Part shown: positions 56,427-64,000 of the stretch, one piece after another
Position numbering within the stretch: the first letter of the stretch is position 1
Layout of the letters: the number at the start of each line of letters is the position of its first letter
Program-made: the position numbers and the translations under genes
Notes under the pieces: generated by a model
Seen by the model: the letters and a program-made list of their open reading frames with translations, nothing else
Told to the model about the DNA's origin: nothing
Databases searched by the model: none
Assembly (NCBI GenBank): GCA_963842525.1
Contig: CAWJGT010000003.1
Coordinates: 1,934,552 to 1,998,551 of the forward strand
DNA length: 64,000 nucleotides
Reading direction: 5' to 3'
Origin: an uncultured Holophagales bacterium
Lineage (GTDB): Bacteria > Acidobacteriota > Thermoanaerobaculia > Multivoradales > UBA5704

Positions 56427-57746
56427 ATGCGCGAACGGCAGGATGTCATCATCGGCGGCGGCCTCTCGGGGATGACGGCGGCCTGGTACCTCCAGGAGGC
56501 GGGGGAGGACCACTGGCAGCTCTACGAGAGAGAGGACCGGGTGGGCGGCCTGGCGCGGTCCACCGCGGTGGACGGCTACCTCTTCGACTTCGGCCCCCAC
56601 ATCCTCTTCACCATCGACGCCGAGATGGAGGCCCTGATCCGCGACCTCCTGGGCGACAACTTCCACGCCCAGGAGCGGCAGGCGTACATCTACCACCAGG
56701 CCTCCGACCTCTATACCCGCTTCCCCTTCCAGGCGCACCTCTACGGGCTGCCGGTGCCGGTCGTCAAGGAATGCCTTGTCGAGCTGATCAAGGCCGTGCA
56801 GCGGTTCGAACGCGGGGACTTCCAGCCGAAAAACTACGAGGAGTGGATGCGCGGCGTGTTCGGCCACGGCATCACCGAGCGGCTGATGCTCCCCTACGCG
56901 CGGAAGATCTGGACCATCGAGCCGTCGCAGATGGACTTCAGTTGGATCGGCCGGCGGGTGCCCATGCCGGACTTCGAACGCATCATCGCCGGCGCTTTGA
57001 CCGACGACGTCTCCCAGGTCGGCGCGACCGCTTACTTCTGGTATCCGAAAAAGGGCGCCATCGAACCCCTGCCGCGGGCTCTCGGCGCACGGCTGCGCAA
57101 CGTCCACCTGAACCGGCGCGCGGAGAAAATCGAGCTGCCGGCCAAGAACGTCGTGTTCGCAGACGGCGAGGTGGTCCCCTTCGACCAACTGATCTTCTCG
57201 CTGCCGCTCCCCCTGGTCCCCAAGTTCGTCACCAACGTCCCGCCCGAGGTGGAGCGCGCCTGCCGCGACCTCAAGTACCAGGGCATCTACTGCATCAATC
57301 TGGGCATCGACCGGCCGGACATCTCGGACAAGCACTGGGTCTATTTCTACGAGGATCCGTTTCCGTTCCACCGCCTGTCCTTCCCGGCCACCTTCAGCCC
57401 GGACACCGTGCCGCCCGGCAAGAGCTCCATCGCCACCGAGGTCGCCTTCTCGAAGTGGCGCCCCCTGGACCGCGACACGGCGGTCGAACGGACCATCGAG
57501 GCCCTGAAGCTGGCGAAGATCCTCCGTCCGGACGACCGCATCGAGCTGGTGCACACCGAGGAGATCCTGCCGGCCTACGTCATCTACGACCTCGACCACG
57601 CGAAGAACGTCGGCCTCATCCGCGCCTGGCTGCGCGACAACGGCATCTGGAACGTGGGCCGCTTCGGCGAGTGGCAATACTTCAACATGGACCACTCCAT
57701 GCGCAGCGGCAAGACCGCCGCAGAGGAGATCCTGAAGGCGCGGTAG
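56427..57746 (+). CDS. FAD-dependent oxidoreductase (protoporphyrinogen-oxidase / UDP-galactopyranose mutase-like)
   Basis: IIGGGLSGM, ER.DRVGGLARS, FDFGPH, FWYPKKG, GRFGEWQYFNMDHSM. Confidence 0.85.
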   Translation: MRERQDVIIGGGLSGMTAAWYLQEAGEDHWQLYEREDRVGGLARSTAVDGYLFDFGPHILFTIDAEMEALIRDLLGDNFHAQERQAYIYHQASDLYTRFPFQAHLYGLPVPVVKECLVELIKAVQRFERGDFQPKNYEEWMRGVFGHGITERLMLPYARKIWTIEPSQMDFSWIGRRVPMPDFERIIAGALTDDVSQVGATAYFWYPKKGAIEPLPRALGARLRNVHLNRRAEKIELPAKNVVFADGEVVPFDQLIFSLPLPLVPKFVTNVPPEVERACRDLKYQGIYCINLGIDRPDISDKHWVYFYEDPFPFHRLSFPATFSPDTVPPGKSSIATEVAFSKWRPLDRDTAVERTIEALKLAKILRPDDRIELVHTEEILPAYVIYDLDHAKNVGLIRAWLRDNGIWNVGRFGEWQYFNMDHSMRSGKTAAEEILKAR

Positions 57747-58018
57747 GGGCGGTCTAGTGGAACCTCTTGGGCGCGCTTTTCGCCCCGCCGTGTACTTTCT
57801 CTTTTAGGGGCATTCTCAACAGGGATTTGACTGATCGGCCCCGGCCTGAACAGTCCTTACTTCTAGCGCACGGCGCTTCGCTGCCCGAGCCGATCGTGAG
57901 CGGGCAGTTGTGATGGGTTTCTTGCGCCTGTGGATCCGGAACCGCGGCGTTGGGTGCGGATCCTGGAGAGTCGGGTCTGCCTGGCGAGCGGTTCTTTTTC
58001 ATTCAAGGGGAGACCAAG

Positions 58019-59315
58019 ATGAAGACATTCAGGGTCCTAGCGTCAGTCGCGGTGTTGGCGGCGGCCATGATCGTGGCCGGCGCCGTGGACCCCATCCGGT
58101 CCGATGGTCCAACCGAGGCGTCAGCGGGGTTCGAACGGCGAGGACAACGGCTTCGCTGCCGAATTCTGCGCCAACCAGGCCGCGCTGGTGAGCTCGCCCA
58201 ACTCGCCGATGATCCCGGCCGCCGAGTGCGACTTCGAGGCCGCGGAGGAGGAGTTCACGGGCCCCGAGACCGTCGCCGACGGGCTCGGGCCGATCTACAA
58301 CGCGGAGGGATGCGGCACGTGCCACTCCGCCAACCCGCAGTTCGACCCTGACAACTTCGACAGGAAGCTGGTGGGCGCCACCAGCCAGATCGTGGAGAAG
58401 CGGGCCGGCTTCTTCAACGGCTCGCAGTTCTTTGACCACCCGGGTGGGTCGCTGATCCAGGATCGATCCCTGCGTCCGAACGAGCAGGAGCGCGTGCTGC
58501 CGGGCCACAACGTGATCGCGTTGCGCTCCACCCTCAGCGTCCTCGGCGACGGGTTCGTCGAGGCGGTGGGGAACACCACGCTGCAGGCCATCGCGAATGC
58601 CCAGCCGTCGGCGCAGCGCGGACAGCTCATCGCCGTACCCGTGCTGGAGAAGCCCGGGACGACGCGCTTCGGCCGCTTCGGACACAAGGACCAGCAGGCC
58701 AGCCTGGTGTCGTTCTCCGCGGATGCCTACCTGAACGAGATGGGCATCACCAGCCCGCTGCAGCCGACCGAGAACACCTCCAACGGCACCGTCGTCGACG
58801 ATCCGGTTCCCGGGCTGGACGACGAGGGCGTGGACGTCGAGCTGTTCGCGCTGTTCATGCGGGCGACCAAGGTGCCGCCGGTCGACGCGCTCATCGCGGC
58901 CACCTCGGACGCGCAGACGGGCAAGCAGCTCTTCTCGTCGATCGGCTGCGCCGTCTGCCACACCCCCTCGATCGTCACCGAGTCGCCGGGGACCTTTATC
59001 AACGGCGGCGCGCTCAAGGTGGCCAACTCGCTGGGCAACAAGATCATCCGTCCGTTCTCCGACTTCCTGCTGCACGACGTCGGGACGGGCGACGGCATCG
59101 TCCAGAACGGCGGGCAATCGACGCGCCTCAAGATCAGGACCGCGGCGCTCTGGGGCTTGCGGGCGCGCGGCCGGTTCATGCACGACGGGCTCAGCTTCAG
59201 CCTCGAGGACGCCATCCAGCGCCACGCCAACCAGGCCGCGTTGGCGCGGGGCAACTTCAACGCCCTGAGCTCCGCCAACAGGAACAGGGTGCTGAAGTTC
59301 CTGTCATCGCTGTAG
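58019..59315 (+). CDS. Di-heme oxidoreductase (DHOR-like) secreted c-type cytochrome (frameshift near 58134)
   Basis: Signal peptide from ATG 58019; DGLGP.YN, CGTCH, GRFG.K, AY.NEMGITS, CAVCH, SDFLLHD.G, RT..LWG, MHDG. Confidence 0.85.
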
Positions 59316-59383
59316 ATCTCACCCTATAAGCACTCGGTGCCTGCCGAGGCGAGTCTTGCGGCTCGCCTCGGCGCCGGCCTGCT

Positions 59384-60412
59384 TCAGGGCCGGATGACGA
59401 CCTTGAGGGCCTCTTTCCGCATCATGCTGCGGAGCGCGTCCTCCAGCTCGTCGAGCGGTCTCTCGGCGCTGAGGAGCTCGCGGGCGTTTACCTCGCCCCG
59501 TGCCAGGAGGTCGAGGGCGCGCTCGAAGGTGGCGGGGCGGTGGTGGTAGGAGCCCCGGACGGTCAGCTCGCAGTAGTGCAGGCGGTGGGTGTCGAGAGGG
59601 ATGAAGGTGCCCGGCCGGCAGCCGCCGAAAAGGAGAACGGTACCGCCGGGACGGGCCGAGGCGAGGGCGTCCTCCCAGGCCACGGGCGAGCCGGTAGCCT
59701 CGACGGCGAGGTCGAAGCCGTCCCCTTGCCCCGCGAGCCGGCGCAAGCGGGCGGCCTCGCCGCCGTCGCGGCCCACCTGGACAGTCTCATGGGCCCCCAT
59801 CCGGCGTGCCGCCTCCAGCCGCGGCGGATTGGGGTCGGCCACCACTACGTGATGCCCGCGCCCCGCGAGCAGGTCGGCGAAGAGGAGTCCGATCGGCCCG
59901 CCGCCATAGACCACGGTGTCGGACGGGCGGTCCTGGTGCCAGACCTCGCAGAGCTCCAGGCCGTGCAGCACGCAGGCGAGCGGCTCGGCCAGGGCGGCGA
60001 CCTCGAAGGGGAGCCCTTCCGGGATGCGGTAGGTGCTCACCTCGGCAAAGCGCCGCGGGACCAGCAGGTACTCCGCAAAGGCGCCGTTCAGGTATTGCAG
60101 CCTCTCGCAGAGGTTCTCCCATCCGCGCCGGCACGGGTCGCAGACTCCGCAGGGAGCGGAGTTGGCGACCACGATGCGGTCGCCGATCCGCCACCGGCCC
60201 TCGTCCGTGCCGGCTTCGGCGATCGTGCCGGCCATCTCGTGGCCGAACGGGGTCGGCACCTGGAGCATCCGCGGGTGGCCGCCGCGGCGCAGGACCTTGA
60301 CATCGGTGCCGCAGGTGGTCGCCGCCTCGATCTTCAGCAGCAGCTCGCCTGGACCGGGTCGAGGGACAGGGACCCTGCGCAGCTCGATCTTCTCGGGGCC
60401 GAGCAGGAACAC
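59384..60412 (-). CDS. Zinc-dependent medium-chain dehydrogenase
   Basis: CGTD.K, GHE..G, C..C..C...ENLC, EPLACV, GGGPIG; start may lie near 60439. Confidence 0.88.
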   Translation of the reverse strand: MFLLGPEKIELRRVPVPRPGPGELLLKIEAATTCGTDVKVLRRGGHPRMLQVPTPFGHEMAGTIAEAGTDEGRWRIGDRIVVANSAPCGVCDPCRRGWENLCERLQYLNGAFAEYLLVPRRFAEVSTYRIPEGLPFEVAALAEPLACVLHGLELCEVWHQDRPSDTVVYGGGPIGLLFADLLAGRGHHVVVADPNPPRLEAARRMGAHETVQVGRDGGEAARLRRLAGQGDGFDLAVEATGSPVAWEDALASARPGGTVLLFGGCRPGTFIPLDTHRLHYCELTVRGSYHHRPATFERALDLLARGEVNARELLSAERPLDELEDALRSMMRKEALKVVIRP

Positions 60413-60435
60413 GACGCGCTGAAAGTCCGGGATGC

Positions 60436-61553
60436 TCAGGGGGCCTCTCCCTCGGGTACCAGCAGGACCTTGAGAGCTTGCCGGTCGCGGGCCAGGTCAA
60501 CTGCCTCGGCAAACCGGGAGAGGGGGAGGCGGTGGCTTACGAGCGGCGAGGGATCGAGCCGGCGGGTCACCAGCAGCCGGTGGATCTCGCGCTGCTCGGC
60601 GAGCGAGCTCGAGTAGGTGGCGACCAGCTTCCGCTCGGACTTGAAGAAGGAATTGAGATCGAAGCCGGCCTGCCCGGTCGTCTCGCCCGGGGCCGCATGG
60701 GCGAAGAGAACGGCGGTCCCACCCTCTCGGGTGAGCGCCAGCGCGTCGGCGAGCGGTCCGGCGCCGCCGGCCGTGTCGAAGACCACGTCGGCCCCCAGGC
60801 CGCCTGAGAGGCCTCCGCGACGGCGCGCCGCATCCCCTCGCCGGGAGGCTCGGCCGCCGCCGCGCCGAGGAGCAGGGCCAGCCGGCGGCGCTCCTCCAGG
60901 GGGTCCGACACGACGATGCGGACCGCGAGGGAGGGGAGCGCCGCGAGGACCAGCAGGTGGAGGAGCCCCATGCTTCCCGCGCCGAGGAGGGCCACGGTGG
61001 CAGGACCGGCCGCCGCGGCGGTCTCTTCGAGCCGGGCGTGGCGGATGCCGCGCAGCACGCAGGCCGCGGGCTCGAGGAAGACGGCGGCCTCGTCCGGCAC
61101 ATGGCCGGGCAGGCCGAAGGTCGCGCGGCGGACCGCCCGCTCGCGCACCAGCACGCTCTCGCTGAAGCCGCCAGGCACCAGGAGGCTCTCGCGGAAGACG
61201 GGGCAGAGCGTCTCGCTGCCGCGCCGGCAGAGGGCGCACACGCCGCAGGCCACGTGGTGCGGGACGACCACCCGGTCGCCGAGGTCGAAGCCGGCTGCTC
61301 CGTCGCCGACCGCCTCGACCGTCCCCACGACCTCGTGTCCGAGGACCGTGCCCGGCTCCGCCGTGCCGTACCGGAGCTTGAAGAGGTCGGTGCCGCAGAG
61401 GCCGGCGCAGCGCAGGCGCAGGCGCAGCTCCCCGGGGCCCGGCTCCGGCCGTCGGCGGATCTCGATGCGGATCGCCCCACCGGCCGCGCAGGCGGCGACG
61501 ATCATCCGCTCCTCGGCGGCCGGAGTGGTGTTCGGGAGTGCCAGGGCGCTCAT
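60436..61553 (-). CDS. Zinc-dependent medium-chain dehydrogenase (frameshift near 60808)
   Basis: CGTD, GHEVVG, HH.ACG.C..C......C, EP.ACV, GAGSMG; continues out of frame as GGLGADVVFDTAG...ALKVLL. Confidence 0.85.
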
Positions 61554-61587
61554 CGCAGCCGAATCGTACAGGATAGAATCTCTTCCC

Positions 61588-62355
61588 ATGACCCGACGCC
61601 GCAACCTGCGCCGCCACCGCCGCCTCCAGGTCCACTTCTGGAAACGGGGGGACTCGCAGGTCTATCCCGGCTATACCACCAACATCTCGCTGACCGGCAT
61701 GTTCCTCGCCACCAACAGCCCCCAGCCGCCGGGAACCCGCCTCCGCATCGAGGTCACGGACGGTGCACGCGGCTTCATGGTCGAGGGAGTGGTGGCCCAT
61801 GCGCGGAAGGTGCGCAGCGACATGGTGCGGATGAGCCAGCCGGGCATGGGCGTCCGGTTCCTGCCGGTCGAGGACCTGGTGCGGGAGCTCGTCCCCATCG
61901 CACCGGAAGAGCTCGAGGAGATCGACGATCCTGCCGATCTCCTGCAGCCCGAGCCTCCTCCCTCTCCACCCCCCCAACCGCCTGCCGCCGCTCCACCGTC
62001 TCGGGCGTCCCAGGCGTCCATCCCCACGTCTTCGGAGGGGGTCGGCGTGTTCAGTGTGCACTTCCTGGGCATGAAGGAGTTTCTGGATGTCTACCAGCGG
62101 GACATCGTGAACGGCGGGCTGTTCGTCTCCACGCGCTATCCCGGGCGTCTGCAGGAGATCGTCCACGTTGAGCTCCACCTGCCCGTCCCGTCCGCGGAGC
62201 CGGTCATCCTGCGGGCACGCGTGGTCCAGCGTTTCGATCCGCAGGGCGAGGATTCGCTCCCGAACCTGCTGTCCGGCATGGGGGTCGAGATCCTCGATCT
62301 CGCCAAGGTCCTCGAGAAGCTCCGGCCGATCGTGGCGACCCTCACCGTGGGGTGA
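61588..62355 (+). CDS. Tandem PilZ-domain protein
   Basis: RRHRR, NISLTGMF, GMGVRF; Pro-rich linker; second domain DIVNGGLFV...GMGVE. Confidence 0.85.
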   Translation: MTRRRNLRRHRRLQVHFWKRGDSQVYPGYTTNISLTGMFLATNSPQPPGTRLRIEVTDGARGFMVEGVVAHARKVRSDMVRMSQPGMGVRFLPVEDLVRELVPIAPEELEEIDDPADLLQPEPPPSPPPQPPAAAPPSRASQASIPTSSEGVGVFSVHFLGMKEFLDVYQRDIVNGGLFVSTRYPGRLQEIVHVELHLPVPSAEPVILRARVVQRFDPQGEDSLPNLLSGMGVEILDLAKVLEKLRPIVATLTVG

Positions 62356-63202
62356 GCGTCTCGACGACCCGCGGGCTCATGGTGTCCGGGTCGGGCGGCC
62401 AGGGGACCAGCAGGCCGTGGCCGACGCCTTCCGCCACTTGGGTCCCATAGAGCTTGTCCACCAGGTGCATCGCGGCCTCGTAGCTCTTCGCTCCGCCTTG
62501 CGAGGTGAGGACCTTCCCAGCGTCCACGAAGGTGACGTTGACCCGCAGGTCGAGGCCCGGGAACATCTGGGATAAGCGCTGGTAGTCGTCCGGGAACGTG
62601 GTGACCGGGATCCCGTCGAGGAGACCCGCCTTGGCCAGCACGAAGGCACCGTCGCAGAGCGAGAGCACGTGGCGGGCATTGCCTCCCGTTTGGCGGACCC
62701 AGTCGATCAGGGGCTGGTTCTCGAGGTCCTTGTCCATGCTGCCGCGGGCGCTCGGCACGACCAGGATGTCGATCGCCGGAGCGTTGGCGAACGAATGGTC
62801 TGGGGTGAGCTTCAGCCCTTCGAAGGTGGTGACCGGCCGGCCGTCGGGAGAGACGGTGAAGACCTGGATGCCCGGCTTGGCGTGGAAGGCCGTGTGGTGG
62901 AAGACGTCGTAGGGCGCCGCCAGCTCCGTGTTGTAGACGCCGTCGACCACCAGGAAGCCTGCCCGCAGAGGCCGATCCCTGGGCAGGTCCGCCGCGGGTG
63001 CGGGAGCCGGGGCTGCCGGCTCGCCGGAAGCGAAATCTGTGGCGAGCGGCGCCGGAGGGGTACCTGTCTCCTCCCCGGCGGGTGGGGGAGCGGGCGTCTC
63101 TGCGGGAGCCGGCGTTCCTTCCGGCTCCGACGGACGGCAGGACGACCCGAGGACGGCGAGGCCGAGGGTCAAGGCGAGGGCGATCGATGCTATGCGGTTC
63201 AT
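62342..63202 (-). CDS. DJ-1/PfpI family lipoprotein
   Basis: Lipobox-like LGSSC; G.YNTEL, DILVVP, SLCDGAF.LA.AGLLDG, VTS.GG. Confidence 0.85.
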   Translation of the reverse strand: MNRIASIALALTLGLAVLGSSCRPSEPEGTPAPAETPAPPPAGEETGTPPAPLATDFASGEPAAPAPAPAADLPRDRPLRAGFLVVDGVYNTELAAPYDVFHHTAFHAKPGIQVFTVSPDGRPVTTFEGLKLTPDHSFANAPAIDILVVPSARGSMDKDLENQPLIDWVRQTGGNARHVLSLCDGAFVLAKAGLLDGIPVTTFPDDYQRLSQMFPGLDLRVNVTFVDAGKVLTSQGGAKSYEAAMHLVDKLYGTQVAEGVGHGLLVPWPPDPDTMSPRVVETLTPR

Positions 63203-63277
63203 GGCAAATCAACTGACAGCAAGAACCCGGCCAGTCCTTGGCGTAGAATGGAGCGTCTAGACGAAGGAGGTGCCAAC

Positions 63278-63712
63278 GTGCCCTATAGCGAATTGATGGT
63301 GAGACCGATGCGCGAGGAGCTGACGAGCATCGGTGTGAAGGAGCTGCGGACCGCGGACGAGGTTGACGCGTTCCTGGCGGAAAAGAATGGAACAGCGCTG
63401 CTGGTGGTCAACTCGGTGTGCGGCTGCGCCGCCGGCATGGCGCGCCCCGGCATCCGCCTGGCGCTGGAGCACGACCGCCGGCCCGACCGGGTGGCCACGG
63501 TCTTCGCCGGGCAGGACCTCGAGGCCACCGCCCGCGCCCGTGCCCACATGTCGGACATCCCGCCGAGCAGCCCGTCGGTCGCCTTCTTCAAGGACGGCGA
63601 GCTGGTCTGGTTCCTGCCGCGCCACCGCATCGAGGGGCGCGACGCCCAATCGGTCGCCGGCGACCTGAAGACGACCTTCGACGAGCACTGCGCGGTCCCG
63701 GCCGCCTCGTAG
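63278..63712 (+). CDS. Bacilliredoxin BrxA/BrxB (YphP/YqiW) family
   Basis: V.PMREELT..G, VNSVCGCAAG.ARPG, TVFAGQD.EAT..AR, PPSSPS, RH.IEGR; RBS AAGGAGG. Confidence 0.92.
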   Translation: MPYSELMVRPMREELTSIGVKELRTADEVDAFLAEKNGTALLVVNSVCGCAAGMARPGIRLALEHDRRPDRVATVFAGQDLEATARARAHMSDIPPSSPSVAFFKDGELVWFLPRHRIEGRDAQSVAGDLKTTFDEHCAVPAAS

Positions 63713-63723
63713 CAATCCCGGCG

Positions 63724-63996
63724 ATGGGGACCTTCCACCGGGGCAGGAGCGAGCTCCACGGCATCACCGTGGTCGTCGACACGACGGGGCCGGAAATCTT
63801 CATCGGCCGCTGCGACGACGTCGACGACCGCGGAGTGTTCCTGAACGACGTGGACGTCCACCGCGACGGGGAGGGCGGGCGCTCGAAGGAGGACTACGTC
63901 CAGCGTGCCGCCCAATTCGGCGTCTGGAAGAAGCACAACCGGCTGCTGATCCCGAAGGAGAAGGTCGCGTCGATCCGGCGGCTGGGCGAGGTGTAG
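63724..63996 (+). CDS. Hypothetical protein (90 aa)
   Basis: Host-like codon usage; ATG 12 nt after the brx stop. Confidence 0.7.
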   Translation: MGTFHRGRSELHGITVVVDTTGPEIFIGRCDDVDDRGVFLNDVDVHRDGEGGRSKEDYVQRAAQFGVWKKHNRLLIPKEKVASIRRLGEV

Positions 63997-64000
63997 AGCC

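Noticed and set aside
1-64000. tRNA, rRNA, prophage, transposase or integrase genes
   Set aside because: None recognised by eye; a tRNAscan-SE and HMM search would be needed to exclude them formally.

Overview
GC-rich bacterial chromosomal segment. Gene content and order (scpA-scpB-rluB-cmk; rpsA-IHF-HIT-lpxB-msbA; yicC-gmk-rpoZ-coaBC-udg; CHAT and carboxypeptidase-regulatory-repeat proteins) suggest Acidobacteriota, possibly Thermoanaerobaculia; the taxon is an inference. The core carries rnpB, recG, queG, a surface-polysaccharide cluster and redox genes. Five accessory patches interrupt it. (1) 6.4-9.0 kb: truncated CHAT protease plus toxin-antitoxin (TA) genes. (2) 16.1-20.4 kb: a lower-GC island bounded by a 367-bp, about 97% identical duplication of the 3' half of cmk, with no integrase. 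It encodes a DUF1156/COG1743-like Zn-ribbon adenine methyltransferase convergent with a ParB/Srx-domain protein and an Mrr-like nuclease, and is the best candidate for an undescribed restriction-like defence system. (3) brnTA at 25.7-26.2 kb. (4) 34.2-37.4 kb: a Septu-like ATPase+HNH pair, antitoxin remnants, a promoter with a boxA-like leader and a 20-21-bp periodic array. (5) 48.1-50.2 kb: an integrase-less integron cassette (RelE/HigB-XRE TA with a canonical attC) and a second 20-21-bp periodic array. Four REP-like palindrome families occur; one supplies start and stop codons and sits in frame inside rluB and udg. About 11 small indels split otherwise intact genes and are probably long-read errors. 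All calls come from motif reading by eye; no database searches were run.
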